A stretch of DNA of 64,000 nt, taken from contig JAYQBG010000001.1 of NCBI GenBank assembly GCA_038137215.1, positions 40,145-104,144 of the forward strand, written 5' to 3'. Positions 39,842-50,007 of this stretch are shown one piece after another. The notes beneath the pieces were generated by a model. It saw only the letters and a program-made list of their open reading frames with translations. It did not search any database and was not told where the DNA came from. This DNA is from Alphaproteobacteria bacterium. Lineage in GTDB: Bacteria > Pseudomonadota > Alphaproteobacteria > UBA6615. Each line of letters opens with the position of its first letter. Position 1 is the first letter of the stretch. The position numbers were made by a program, and so were the translations under genes.

Positions 39842-39877
39842 AAAAAGGCCGCTTGCAGTCCCGCAAGCGGCCTTTTT
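39842..39877 (-). terminator. rho-independent terminator of petABC operon
   Basis: AAAAAGGCCGCTTGC-agtcc-GCAAGCGGCCTTTTT symmetric hairpin with flanking A/T runs, 3' of petC stop. Confidence 0.7.
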
Positions 39878-39893
39878 GCGCGATTCAGAATTC

Positions 39894-40679
39894 TCAGTGG
39901 TGAACGTCAGACCACATCTTGCGTTTGGCCGCGTACAGAACCGCGCTGAAGATGATCAGGAACAGGATCACCTTGTAGCCCATGGATTTACGCTCTTCCA
40001 TCTCGGGTTCGGCCGCCCAGTGCAAGAAATTTGTTACGTCCCATGCCATTTGTTCGATCGTTGCGGGTGTACCGTCGGTGTATTCCACACCGTCTTCCCA
40101 GAGCGGCTGCGCCATCGCGATCAGGCTACCGCGGAAATACGGGTTGTAGTTGGCGCCCTCAGGCACTTCGACATCTGCAGGCGGTTCCTCGTAGCCAGTC
40201 AGAAGCGCATAGATGTAGTCCGCGCCGCCCAGATGCGCCTTAACCTGAAGCGAGAGATCAGGCGGTGCAGCACCATTGTTGGCCGCCGCCGCAGCCGCTG
40301 CATTCGGGAAGGGTGAATCAAACCGGTCTGATGGAATGGCCGGCCGCGTGAACATTTCACCTTCATCATTCGGCCCATCGGTGACATCGAAACCAGCCGC
40401 AATGACCTTGACCTCGTCCTCGGTAAATCCGAGCTCTTCGAGGTTGCGATAGGCGACCTGCTTCAAGCCATGGCAGCCCGAGCAGACTTCCAGATAGACC
40501 TGCAGGCCACGCTGGGCGGATGCGCGATCGAAGGTTCCGAAGACACCCTCGAACTGCCAGTCCTGATTGTCCGGTTCCTTGGCTTCCCCCGCCGCAAACG
40601 CTGCGGTGGACGCAAGGCTGGCAACGACGGTCAGACCCGTGGCTGCCGCTGCGCGGCGAAGATTGCAAAAGATACCCAT
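39894..40679 (-). CDS. petC: cytochrome c1
   Basis: Heme motif CSGCHGL, C-terminal TM anchor; start overlaps petB stop by 1 nt (TAATG). Confidence 0.9.
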   Translation of the reverse strand: MGIFCNLRRAAAATGLTVVASLASTAAFAAGEAKEPDNQDWQFEGVFGTFDRASAQRGLQVYLEVCSGCHGLKQVAYRNLEELGFTEDEVKVIAAGFDVTDGPNDEGEMFTRPAIPSDRFDSPFPNAAAAAAANNGAAPPDLSLQVKAHLGGADYIYALLTGYEEPPADVEVPEGANYNPYFRGSLIAMAQPLWEDGVEYTDGTPATIEQMAWDVTNFLHWAAEPEMEERKSMGYKVILFLIIFSAVLYAAKRKMWSDVHH

Positions 40680-42013
40680 TATGCCTTCTCCATCGGCTTG
40701 GCAGTTAAGGCCGCACCCGATGTGCCACCACCCAGAACAGCCTCGGAAATACTCTTCGGCACGGGCTTTGGACGCTCGAATATTCCCAACAACGGCATTA
40801 GCACCAGGAAGTGGAAGAAATACCAGAAGGTGGAGATGTACCCCAGATGGATGATGTGGAAACCTTCCACGCCCGAGAACACCGGTACATCCGTGGGCTT
40901 ACCGCCGACATAGCCGAGAATGAAGCAGTCGATCACAAGGATCCAGAAGAACCACTTGTAGAGCGGCCGGAACTTCGCACTGCGCACCGGCGAACGATCA
41001 AGCCAGGGCAGCAGGAATAACACGAAGATCGCGCCGAACATGGCAATGACGCCGCCGAGCTTGGCTTCGATCAACGTCTGACCGAGTATCACGATGTCGA
41101 AATCGATCGAACGGAGAATCGCGAAGAACGGCAGGAAGTACCATTCGGGCACGATATGTGCGGGCGTGTTCAGCGGGGCCGCTTCCAGATAGTTCTCCGG
41201 CTCACCCAGATAGGACGGGGCGTAGAACACGAAGAACGCCATGATCGTGACGAAGACCGCCAGACCGACGCTGTCCTTGACCGTGTAGTAGGGATGGAAC
41301 GGCACCGTATCCTGCGGTCCCTTGGGGTCCACACCAAGCGGGTTGTTGGAGCCCGTGACGTGGAGCGCAATCACATGCAGCACGACCACACCCAGGATCA
41401 GGAACGGGAAGAGATAGTGCAGCGCGAAGAAGCGGTTCAGTGTGGGGTTGTCAACCGAGAAGCCGCCCCAGAGCAACGTCACAATGCTGTCACCGACCAG
41501 CGGCACGGCAGAGAACAGGTTCGTGATAACCGTCGCGCCCCAGAAACTCATCTGACCCCAGGGCAGGACGTAGCCCATGAAGGCCGTGGCCATCAACAGT
41601 ACAAGGATGACCACACCGAGCATCCAGAGCAGTTCGCGCGGCTGCTTGTAGGAGCCGTAATACATGCCGCGGAACATGTGGATATAAACGGCGATGAAGA
41701 AGAAACTTGCACCGTTCTGATGCAGATAGCGCAGCAGCCAGCCATAGTTCACGTCGCGCATGATGCGTTCGACGGAATCGAAGGCCAGCGCCGTGTTCGG
41801 CTGATACTGCATGGCCAGGAAAATCCCGGTCGCGATCATCATCACGAGCATGAAGGTCAGGATCGCCCCGAAGTTCCAGAACCAGTTGAAGTTCCTGGGT
41901 GCCTCGAACTCGGCGTATTCCTTCTGAAGATACGTAAAGACCGGCAGGCGACTGTCGATCCACTTGACGAGGCCGCTACCTGTGCCTCCGGTCTGATGTG
42001 TTCCGGCGCTCAT
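40679..42013 (-). CDS. petB: cytochrome b
   Basis: 444 aa; conserved His ligands and PEWY-type motif ([17 protein letters not shown]). Confidence 0.95.
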   Translation of the reverse strand: MSAGTHQTGGTGSGLVKWIDSRLPVFTYLQKEYAEFEAPRNFNWFWNFGAILTFMLVMMIATGIFLAMQYQPNTALAFDSVERIMRDVNYGWLLRYLHQNGASFFFIAVYIHMFRGMYYGSYKQPRELLWMLGVVILVLLMATAFMGYVLPWGQMSFWGATVITNLFSAVPLVGDSIVTLLWGGFSVDNPTLNRFFALHYLFPFLILGVVVLHVIALHVTGSNNPLGVDPKGPQDTVPFHPYYTVKDSVGLAVFVTIMAFFVFYAPSYLGEPENYLEAAPLNTPAHIVPEWYFLPFFAILRSIDFDIVILGQTLIEAKLGGVIAMFGAIFVLFLLPWLDRSPVRSAKFRPLYKWFFWILVIDCFILGYVGGKPTDVPVFSGVEGFHIIHLGYISTFWYFFHFLVLMPLLGIFERPKPVPKSISEAVLGGGTSGAALTAKPMEKA

Positions 42014-42020
42014 ATCTGCC

Positions 42021-42572
42021 TCAACCGATCTTGATGCTGGTGTCGTTCAGGAATTCATAGGGCGGAACCGGCAGATTCAAAGGCGCCGGCCCCTTCCGGA
42101 TACGTCCGGAGGTATCATAGTGCGAAGCATGGCAGGGGCAGAACCAGCCGCCCCAGTCACCGCGCGGCTCGGAAGACTTCTGTCCCAGCGGCACACAACC
42201 CAGATGGGTGCATACGCCAACCACGACGAGCCATTCCGGCTGAACAACGCGCTCCTCATCGGTTTGCGGGTCGCGCAGATCCGCCAGCGGCGTGGCTTCA
42301 GCTTCCGCAATGGCCGCGGGTGTACGACGGTCGATGAAGACCGGCTTGCCCTGCCATTTGACCGTGATGCGCTGCCCGTCCTCCACCTGTGACAGGTCCA
42401 CTTCGGTGGTCGCAAGGGCGAGCACGTCAGCAGACGGGTTCATCGAACTGATGAACGGCCACAGGGCCGCACCAAGTCCGACGGCACCAAAGGCACCGGC
42501 CGACAGATATAGGAAGTCGCGACGGTTTCCCGAATGTCCGTCGTTATCCTGTGTGTCATCGCTCATGAGCAA
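42021..42572 (-). CDS. petA: ubiquinol-cytochrome c reductase Rieske iron-sulfur subunit
   Basis: CTHLGCVP ... CPCHASHYD Rieske boxes; TAT-like N-terminus RRDFLY. Confidence 0.9.
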   Translation of the reverse strand: MLMSDDTQDNDGHSGNRRDFLYLSAGAFGAVGLGAALWPFISSMNPSADVLALATTEVDLSQVEDGQRITVKWQGKPVFIDRRTPAAIAEAEATPLADLRDPQTDEERVVQPEWLVVVGVCTHLGCVPLGQKSSEPRGDWGGWFCPCHASHYDTSGRIRKGPAPLNLPVPPYEFLNDTSIKIG

Positions 42573-42857
42573 TTGTCCTTACGTTCGGCGCGGACGCGCA
42601 TCAGAGATACAAAACTTTTACGAGTGCTGAGGGGTATGGGAATTCGCGGTGACCGCCAATGTGACACCGTGCCGCAATCTACGGACCAGTGACAGATCAA
42701 GCCTGTTGCGGAATCCGTTGAATGCCCCCTCCGGCACCAATATGCATCCTTCAAACTTTGATCGGATATAATCGAAGTCCCATTAGTTTGCCAAGCCCGC
42801 TATGGCACCCAAGAGTGTTCCTCGAACTCCCATGACACCCTGCAGGATAGCCAATCC

Positions 42858-43313
42858 ATGCGTATCGCGCTCTATCAACCCGATATTCCCCAGAATGCGG
42901 GGGCGACATTTCGACTGGCGGCCTGTCTCGGTCTGCCCGTCGATCTCATCGAACCGGCCGGATTCGTCATGAACGACTCCCAGCTCCGGCGTGCCGGCAT
43001 GGACTATCTCAGCGAGGTGGAGATCGTTCGGCATATGTCCTGGGACCGCTACCTGTCGGAGGCGCCGCCCGCCCGGCTCGTCCTGCTCACAACCCGGGGG
43101 GAGCAGCGCCACATTGACTTCACGTTCAAAGCCGATGATACGCTGTTGGTCGGTCAGGAAAGCAGCGGTGCACCTGATGCGGTCCACAACCGTGCCGATG
43201 CCCGGCTTCGGGTGCCGATGCGGCCCGAAACCCGCTCACTCAACGTGGTGACGGCCCTGACGCTGGTTCTCGGAGAAGCACTCCGCCAGACAGACGGGTT
43301 TTCACCCAACTAG
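42858..43313 (+). CDS. trmL: tRNA (cytidine/uridine-2'-O)-methyltransferase, SpoU/TrmL family
   Basis: 151 aa SPOUT fold (IALYQPDIPQNAGATFRLAACLG ... LLVGQESSG ... SLNVVTA). Confidence 0.85.
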   Translation: MRIALYQPDIPQNAGATFRLAACLGLPVDLIEPAGFVMNDSQLRRAGMDYLSEVEIVRHMSWDRYLSEAPPARLVLLTTRGEQRHIDFTFKADDTLLVGQESSGAPDAVHNRADARLRVPMRPETRSLNVVTALTLVLGEALRQTDGFSPN

Positions 43314-43328
43314 GAAAGAAGCGCTGAG

Positions 43329-44189
43329 ATGTCAGACGAGTCCCGGAAACAGTCCGCGCGCGAATGGTTTGCCAGTCTGCGAGATCAGATCTGCGTTGCC
43401 TTCGAGTCGATCGAGGATGACCTCGACGGCGCCATGAAGGACCGCCAGCCCGGACGTTTCGAGCGGACCACGTGGGAACGGTCCGATGAAGGCGGCACCC
43501 CCGGGGGTGGGGGCGAAATGTCGATCATGCGTGGTCGGGTCTTTGAAAAGGTGGGCGTCAACATTTCCACCGTGGAGGGCACATTTTCGGAGGAATTCCG
43601 CACCCGTATTCCCGGCGCCGAAGAAGACGGCCGGTTCTGGGCGTCCGGCGTCTCGCTGGTCACCCATATGCAATCCCCCCTTGTCCCCGCGGTTCACATG
43701 AACACCCGGCATATCGTCACGACCAAGGGCTGGTTCGGCGGCGGGGCCGATCTGACACCGATGTACCCCGATGCCGACGACACCCGGGACTTTCACGCCG
43801 CCCTCAAGGCCGCGTGCGATACCCACGACCCGGACTACTACGGGAAGTTCAAGGCATGGTGTGACGAGTACTTTTTCCTGCCACACCGAAATGAACCCCG
43901 CGGCGTGGGCGGAATCTTCTATGACTACTTGGACACCGGTGACTGGGAGGCCGATTACGCCTTCACCCGCGATGTCGGTCTGGCCTTTCTGGACATCTAT
44001 CCCAAGCTGGTCCGGCGCCACATGAACAAAGACTGGACCGACGAACAGCGCGCCCATCAGTTGCGCCGACGCGGACGCTATGTGGAGTTCAATTTGCTCT
44101 ATGACCGCGGCACCCAATTCGGGCTCAAGACCGGCGGCAATGTAGAGGCGATCCTGATGTCCATGCCACCCGAGGTGACCTGGCCATAG
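43329..44189 (+). CDS. hemF: oxygen-dependent coproporphyrinogen III oxidase
   Basis: 286 aa; HemF blocks throughout ([21 protein letters not shown] ... [20 protein letters not shown]). Confidence 0.95.
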   Translation: MSDESRKQSAREWFASLRDQICVAFESIEDDLDGAMKDRQPGRFERTTWERSDEGGTPGGGGEMSIMRGRVFEKVGVNISTVEGTFSEEFRTRIPGAEEDGRFWASGVSLVTHMQSPLVPAVHMNTRHIVTTKGWFGGGADLTPMYPDADDTRDFHAALKAACDTHDPDYYGKFKAWCDEYFFLPHRNEPRGVGGIFYDYLDTGDWEADYAFTRDVGLAFLDIYPKLVRRHMNKDWTDEQRAHQLRRRGRYVEFNLLYDRGTQFGLKTGGNVEAILMSMPPEVTWP

Positions 44190-44330
44190 GCCCGGCCGGG
44201 CAGCACGACAATCGTTCCGAATCTCGGAGTTTGTCCCGCGCGCGTCCTGTTATAAGTTGCCTTCTCAACGCTGGTTGTTTCGAGACCGGCGGACGTTCAG
44301 CATCGGTTCAGAAACGAATTGGACCAATCC

Positions 44331-44720
44331 ATGACCTCCATCACCCGGTGACTGCTCGCGCCCCTTCTCACTCTTGCGGTCCTGTTTGGCACCAGCGTAG
44401 TCCAGGCTGACGACCTGCCGCTCCAGGCATTCTATGGCCACTATCAGGGCTCCGGTGTCGCAGAAAACTCAGATAGCCTGTACTTCGGTGTCACCGTCCG
44501 CGACCTCGATGTGCGCAGCCCCGACGGACTCGGCTGGGCGAGCATCAATGAGCCCACACTGACCGTTCACGTGCTGCGGATTACCGACACCGGCGGCTAC
44601 GTGATTCAAACCTATGACCGGACGCTGGAAGGCACCGGCATGAAGCTCAAATTCGTGAATGTTGCCAATGGCGAGCCACAGCGTGAGGTCGAAGCCCGGC
44701 TCGTGAAAGTCGGCAACTAA
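44331..44720 (+). pseudogene. small secreted protein (paralog of the following gene) with TGA at codon 7 inside the signal peptide
   Basis: ATG 44331: MTSITR-TGA-LLAPLLTLAVLFGTSVVQA|DDLPLQAFYGHYQGSGVAENSD...; same frame as ORF 44511..44720; remainder is a compact version of the downstream 196 aa protein. Confidence 0.5.
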
Positions 44721-44732
44721 CCCGACTCATCT

Positions 44733-45323
44733 ATGACAGGATTTTCCATGAACCCCGGTTCAAGCCTCCGCGCCGCGCTGGTCGCATCCGTTGTTGTTCT
44801 TTTCAGCGGCGTGAGCGCGCATGCCAGTGACGCGGTCGACAAGTTCTTTGGTTCCTATGTGGGGTCCGGAACCGCAGAGCGGGTTGACCGCAAGGAAAGC
44901 GAAATCCGCGACCTGGACGTGACGGTGGAGAGCTACAAGGATGACGGTTTCAAGCTGAAATGGATCACGGTCGTGCGTGGCGCCGATGGCGCACGCACCG
45001 GGGAAGACGTGAAACGGCGCGAGGTCGAGGAAAATTTCGTGCCCGTCGAGGACAAGGAAAACGTCTTTGTTTTATCCGCCGATGGCGTTCTGTTCCAGAA
45101 GTCCGAACTGCCGAACCCGTTGCTCGGACAAGCCATCAGCTGGGCCTCCATCGACGGCAACGTGATGAAGGTCTATTCGCTGGCAATCGGCGAGACCGGG
45201 ACCTCCGAACTGCAGGTCTATCGGCGCACTTTGACAGAAAAGGGCATGGGCATCGTCTTCATCCGGCTTCAGGACGATGACGTGAAAGTCCGTATGCAGG
45301 GCACACTGGTCCGTACCCAGTAG
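44733..45323 (+). CDS. secreted hypothetical protein (tandem paralog)
   Basis: Signal peptide AALVASVVVLFSGVSAHA|SD; shares FxGxYxGSGxAE ... RDLDV ... and C-terminal YxRTLTEKGMGIVF blocks with the upstream gene. Confidence 0.6.
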   Translation: MTGFSMNPGSSLRAALVASVVVLFSGVSAHASDAVDKFFGSYVGSGTAERVDRKESEIRDLDVTVESYKDDGFKLKWITVVRGADGARTGEDVKRREVEENFVPVEDKENVFVLSADGVLFQKSELPNPLLGQAISWASIDGNVMKVYSLAIGETGTSELQVYRRTLTEKGMGIVFIRLQDDDVKVRMQGTLVRTQ

Positions 45324-45325
45324 CG

Positions 45326-46672
45326 CTATCCGGCCACACGGCGCGCCAATTCGGTCAGGCACGTGTCCCGATCCGCATCGAACCCGCCTGCGATCCACCA
45401 GGCTTCAAGGTCCTTCAGAATTCTGCTGATTTCCGGTCCCTGGGGAATTCCCAGCTCGAGGACATCCCTGCCCCGCAACGGGAACTCGGGCACCGCCCAG
45501 TGGTCAGGGAACGCCAGGAGGGCCAGCCATTGACTGTCCGCAACTGCCGGCAACCGGACACCGTCAATCGACGTCTCCATGACCGTATTCAGATGCAACG
45601 CCCAGTTGAGCACCACGGCATCTCTCCAGGCGTCCGGCCCCAGTTCATACAGTATGGCCTGCTTCGAGCGGCCACGGGTATGCCCGGGTGAAAGCGAAAC
45701 ACCATCCGGAGCGAGGTCGCGTGGCCGGGCAATCATCCGCTCCAGACGAACGCGCTGGTCGCCCGACAGGCGCAGGCGGGTGACCAGGCTTTCCGCAGCA
45801 GACCGGACATCGAAAGACGTCTGGAACATGATCTGATCAAAGTCGATCAACGCCACCAGACGCCGCAGCGGGTCTGCCTGACCGATTTTTTGTTCGACCT
45901 CGACGATGTAGGAAAAACCAAATGTGGCTTTGAGGTCCGGCAGTTCGGGCAGAACGCGCTCGACGAAATCCGCACATTCCGGATCACCGATCACACCAAG
46001 CGCGCCGGGCGCGACAAGCAATTTGAACAGCTCTTCGCGAATGCGTTCCCCCGACAGGGTCGCAAGCATATCGAATTGCATCCGGCACGCTGCAAGTCCC
46101 GCAGGATCGAAATCCTGCACCTCCAGTTGTGCGTGGAACCGGAAGAATCGCAGAATTCGCAGCGCGTCTTCCCGGATACGTTCATTTGGGTCACCGATGA
46201 ACCGCACCCGTCTCGCTGTCAGATCGTCCATGCCCCCCAGCGGGTCGTATATGTTGCCGTTCTGATCGGCATAAAGCGCATTCATGGTGAAGTCGCGGCG
46301 CGCGGCATCGGCCGCCCAATCATCCGTATAGGCCACCCTTGCATGGCGCCCATCGGTCTCCACATCGACACGCAAGGTGGTGATCTCGAAGGTCCGGCCA
46401 TCGGCATGGGCGCCGATTGTGCCGTGATCGGCGCCGATGGTGTGATAGCCGATTTCGGCGGCATCGAGACGACGCATGACCTCCCGGGGTGAAAGGCTGG
46501 TGGCGATATCGACATCCCCGACCTCACGCGCGAGGATCGCGTCACGCACGCACCCGCCGACAAACACCGCCACAGGCAACTCATCTTCGGGCACCGAAAA
46601 GGGGGCCATCACCGCACAGGTGGCCGGATCGGACATCCAGGGTTGAATGGAAATGGTGGTTGTCGGCGTCAT
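45326..46672 (-). CDS. cca: CCA-adding tRNA nucleotidyltransferase (polyA polymerase family)
   Basis: Head domain GGCVRDAILAREVGDVDIAT ... RRDFTMNALY; start uncertain (46672, 46636 or later Met). Confidence 0.8.
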   Translation of the reverse strand: MTPTTTISIQPWMSDPATCAVMAPFSVPEDELPVAVFVGGCVRDAILAREVGDVDIATSLSPREVMRRLDAAEIGYHTIGADHGTIGAHADGRTFEITTLRVDVETDGRHARVAYTDDWAADAARRDFTMNALYADQNGNIYDPLGGMDDLTARRVRFIGDPNERIREDALRILRFFRFHAQLEVQDFDPAGLAACRMQFDMLATLSGERIREELFKLLVAPGALGVIGDPECADFVERVLPELPDLKATFGFSYIVEVEQKIGQADPLRRLVALIDFDQIMFQTSFDVRSAAESLVTRLRLSGDQRVRLERMIARPRDLAPDGVSLSPGHTRGRSKQAILYELGPDAWRDAVVLNWALHLNTVMETSIDGVRLPAVADSQWLALLAFPDHWAVPEFPLRGRDVLELGIPQGPEISRILKDLEAWWIAGGFDADRDTCLTELARRVAG

Positions 46673-46697
46673 TGCATGTCGCCCGCCTGTGCCAGCG

Positions 46698-47390
46698 TTA
46701 GCGCCAGCGAGCCTTGTCACCTGTAAGAACCTCATAGAGGTTGACCAGCATACCCGCGGTTGCCCCCCAGATGTAACGGTCCTCATAAGGCAGCACATAA
46801 AAGTAACGGCGCTTGCCGCGAATGATCCGGCTGTGCCGTTCATGATTGGCGGGGTCGAGGACGAAAGACAGCGGGACCTCGAACACATCGGCAACCTCGC
46901 CCGGTTCATAGACCATGTCGAATCCCGGTTCGATCAACCCCACCACCGGGGTTACGGCGAAACCCGTGCGGACCTCATAGGTATCCAGCCGCCCGATGAT
47001 TTCGGCCGCGTGATGGGGCATGCCGATTTCTTCATTGGCTTCACGCAATGCGGCGTCTTCCGGGGACTTGTCTTCCGGATCGATCCGGCCGCCGGGAAAA
47101 CTGATTTGTCCCGCATGGGCGCGCAGATCGGCCGCGCGCTGCGTAAGCAGAACCGTAAAACCGTCCTGATGCGAGACGAGTGGCACCAGCACCGCAGCAG
47201 GCACCAACGGCGGCTCGGGGCGCATCCCCGATTCGTTGAGGTCATGATCGCCACGGCGCATCTCCACGTCGGGACGATCCGGATCGGAATCGTCTTCCAG
47301 CATCTGGCTGATTGCTGCACCCGTTGCACGGCGGCGCTTGAGATGGCTCTGCGCCTCGCGGACCCGTCCGACAACCTGTTCGCGCTTCAC
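46698..47390 (-). CDS. CoA pyrophosphatase (NUDIX hydrolase, NudL-like)
   Basis: Nudix box GGRIDPEDKSPEDAALREANEEIG; alternative GTG start at 47447 would overlap the upstream DUF1285 gene by ~60 nt. Confidence 0.75.
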   Translation of the reverse strand: MKREQVVGRVREAQSHLKRRRATGAAISQMLEDDSDPDRPDVEMRRGDHDLNESGMRPEPPLVPAAVLVPLVSHQDGFTVLLTQRAADLRAHAGQISFPGGRIDPEDKSPEDAALREANEEIGMPHHAAEIIGRLDTYEVRTGFAVTPVVGLIEPGFDMVYEPGEVADVFEVPLSFVLDPANHERHSRIIRGKRRYFYVLPYEDRYIWGATAGMLVNLYEVLTGDKARWR

Positions 47391-47995
47391 AACCGCTCTC
47401 CGTCTTCCGGCGAAGGTGTCAGCGGAAAAAACACACCGGCACTCCACACACCCAAGCTTCCCGATACATCGTCCTCAACGACCCGTTCTGCAAGCGCGTA
47501 ATACACCGGACGGGTCAGCAGGGCCTCCAGATTGTCGCGCACAAGAACATAAGGCGATGGCTCACCGGTTGCCGCATCGAAGGCAATACGAAGCGGATGG
47601 TCGGGCCCCGCTGTCACGGTTTCGTCAAGATTGGTCCGGAATATCAGGTTCTGATTCGGGCCGTTGCCCTCGATATCCATCTCGACCGCCGTGAACGGTG
47701 CGTCATCCACATCGATACGCCCGCGTTCGACCGGCGTTTCGAGCCAGAACTGGCCCTCGGCGTCGCGCTTGAGGACCGATGAAAACAGCGTGACCAGCGG
47801 TTTACGCTGGATAGGGGAGCCGCGATAATGCCACGATCCATCCCGCGCGATGCGCAGGTCGAAGTGGCCGCAATCAATCGGCGTTCGCGCGGCGGGCCCG
47901 GATTTCCCGGATTTTTCGATAAGCTCGAAAAGTCCCTGGGGGTCCGCCCCGGTCGAATTGCCGGGACCGGCGGGCTTGCTGGAATCGGAACACAT
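47387..47995 (-). CDS. DUF1285 domain-containing protein
   Basis: ~200 aa conserved alphaproteobacterial family. Confidence 0.7.
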   Translation of the reverse strand: MCSDSSKPAGPGNSTGADPQGLFELIEKSGKSGPAARTPIDCGHFDLRIARDGSWHYRGSPIQRKPLVTLFSSVLKRDAEGQFWLETPVERGRIDVDDAPFTAVEMDIEGNGPNQNLIFRTNLDETVTAGPDHPLRIAFDAATGEPSPYVLVRDNLEALLTRPVYYALAERVVEDDVSGSLGVWSAGVFFPLTPSPEDGERL

Positions 47996-48039
47996 GATGC
48001 GCACACAGTAGCATCGGCAGCATCGGCAGGAGCAATGTA

Positions 48040-49059
48040 ATGCCTTCAGATGATCTTACCCGCACGGACCACGAAAACAGCGCCACGGAACGACTCTTCG
48101 AGGACATCGAACGGGTCAGCGAACAACTCGTAGCCGTCCGCAGCGGAATTTCGCGCGTCATCTTCGGTCAGGAAGATGTCATCGACCAGACATTGATTAC
48201 GCTCCTCTCGGGCGGCCATCTCCTTCTGCTCGGTGTTCCGGGCCTTGCCAAGACACGCCTGGTTGAAACGCTGGGCACGGTTCTCGGGCTCGATAGCCGG
48301 CGCGTCCAGTGCACACCGGATCTGATGCCGGCCGATATCGTCGGCTCGGAAATTCTCGACGAAACTGACGAGGGCCGTGCCTTCCGCTTCATTCCCGGCC
48401 CGGTGTTCACGCAGGTCCTGATGGCGGACGAGATCAACCGGGCAAGCCCGCGCACCCAGTCGGCACTGCTGCAGGCGATGCAGGAACGCGAAGTCTCCGT
48501 GGCAGGCCAGACCCATACCCTGCCCCGGCCCTTCCATGTTCTGGCCACCCAGAACCCAATCGAACAGGAGGGCACCTACCCGCTGCCCGAAGCACAGCTC
48601 GACCGATTTCTGCTTCAGGTCAATGTGGACTATCCCGACCCCGAAGCCGAACGGCAGATGCTGCTGGTCACGACCGGGCTGGAAGACCCGCAAGCCAAGC
48701 AGGTGATGGATGCTGCGCAACTGATCCAGGCACAGCAACTCGTGCGGCGGCTCCCGGTCGGTGAAAGCGTTGTGGAGGCCATTCTTGCTCTGGTGCGGTC
48801 CGGCCGCCCCGGCGTCTCCGATCGCGAAGAGGTCAACAACTGGGTGGCCTGGGGTCCCGGTCCACGCGCCAGTCAGTCCCTGATGCTCGCCACACGCGCC
48901 CGCGCCCTGCTGCAGGGCCGCGTCTCGCCTTCGGTCGATGACGTGGTCGCGCTCGCGCCGGCCATCCTGCGCCACCGGATGGCCCTGAACTTTGCCGCCC
49001 GGGCCGAAGGCCGCACCCTCGAGCAGATGATCGATCACCTTTGCGATCCGTTCCGCTAG
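48040..49059 (+). CDS. MoxR-family AAA+ ATPase
   Basis: Walker A LLLLGVPGLAKTRL, Walker B/sensor blocks, typical 339 aa length. Confidence 0.9.
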   Translation: MPSDDLTRTDHENSATERLFEDIERVSEQLVAVRSGISRVIFGQEDVIDQTLITLLSGGHLLLLGVPGLAKTRLVETLGTVLGLDSRRVQCTPDLMPADIVGSEILDETDEGRAFRFIPGPVFTQVLMADEINRASPRTQSALLQAMQEREVSVAGQTHTLPRPFHVLATQNPIEQEGTYPLPEAQLDRFLLQVNVDYPDPEAERQMLLVTTGLEDPQAKQVMDAAQLIQAQQLVRRLPVGESVVEAILALVRSGRPGVSDREEVNNWVAWGPGPRASQSLMLATRARALLQGRVSPSVDDVVALAPAILRHRMALNFAARAEGRTLEQMIDHLCDPFR

Positions 49060-49083
49060 ACCGCTCCCGGACGCACCGCCACC

Positions 49084-50001
49084 ATGACCCTGCAGCCCGA
49101 CACCGTCGCGGACAACGATCCGCAGACACGCCGGCGCAGTGAAGAACTCGCTGCGAGCTTCCCGCCCCTGCTGGTCGCCGCCGAGCGCGTGGCTTCAACG
49201 GTGGCCCAGGGCGTCCATGGGCGCCGCCGGGTCGGCCAGGGTGAAACCTTCTGGCAATACCGCCGGTTCGAGTTCGGCGACAGTCCGCAACAGATCGACT
49301 GGCGGCGCTCGGCCCGCTCCGACCGGCTCTATGTCCGTCAGACCGAATGGGAAGCGGCGCAGAGTATCTGGCTGTGGCCGGACCTCTCCGCCTCCATGCG
49401 CTACACTTCATCACGCTCATTGCCGGAAAAGCAGGAACGCGCGGCGGTCCTCGCACTTGCCCTGACATCGCTCCTGATCCGCGGCGGAGAACGCATTGCC
49501 CTGCTCGACAAGCCCGAGCCACCCGCCACCGGCCGCGCCGTGCTCGACCAGGTTGCCATGAGCGTGCTGCGGGACATGTCCCTCGATCCCGCAGAACAGG
49601 ATCTGCCCGTCGTACCACCGCTTCCGCGCTACAGTACGGTTGTCCTGATCAGTGATTTTCTCGTGGATCCGGCCAACCTCATCCCGTTCCTGGAACAGAT
49701 TGCCGCGCGCGGTGTGCGCGGGCATCTGGTGCAGGTGCTCGATCCGAGCGAGGTCGATTTGCCGTTTCGCGGGCGTACGCGGTTTCGCGGGCTGGAGTCC
49801 GAGGGAGAGTTGCTGGTCGGACGGGCCGAATCCCTGCGTGAAGCATATCAGAGCCGGCTGGCGGAACTGCAGTCGGGTTTGCGCACCTTTGCCCAGCGGG
49901 CCAGCTGGACCTACACGACCCACCTCACCGACGCACCACCTGAGCCGGCGATGCTCAGCCTCTTCACCAATATGACCGAGGCGCTCCATGCCCGGACGTG
50001 A
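49084..50001 (+). CDS. DUF58 domain protein (MoxR partner, VWA-like)
   Basis: GETFWQYRRFEFGDSPQQIDWRRSAR block characteristic of DUF58. Confidence 0.85.
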   Translation: MTLQPDTVADNDPQTRRRSEELAASFPPLLVAAERVASTVAQGVHGRRRVGQGETFWQYRRFEFGDSPQQIDWRRSARSDRLYVRQTEWEAAQSIWLWPDLSASMRYTSSRSLPEKQERAAVLALALTSLLIRGGERIALLDKPEPPATGRAVLDQVAMSVLRDMSLDPAEQDLPVVPPLPRYSTVVLISDFLVDPANLIPFLEQIAARGVRGHLVQVLDPSEVDLPFRGRTRFRGLESEGELLVGRAESLREAYQSRLAELQSGLRTFAQRASWTYTTHLTDAPPEPAMLSLFTNMTEALHART

Positions 50002-50007
50002 CCGCCC

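Noticed and set aside
43332-44117. 261-aa minus ORF inside hemF
   Set aside because: hemF identity on plus strand is unambiguous.
13178-44351. Hypothesis that in-frame TGA codons reflect a TGA=Trp genetic code or selenocysteine
   Set aside because: Many genes in the window terminate at TGA followed within a few nt by the next gene's RBS/start (e.g. FGase-like stop at 6656, TetR stop at 24515), Trp is encoded by TGG throughout, and the TGA sites are a Trp position and a signal-peptide position, not redox-active Cys positions; no SECIS-like hairpin follows them.
48046-49038. 330-aa minus ORF inside the MoxR gene
   Set aside because: MoxR Walker motifs are on the plus strand.
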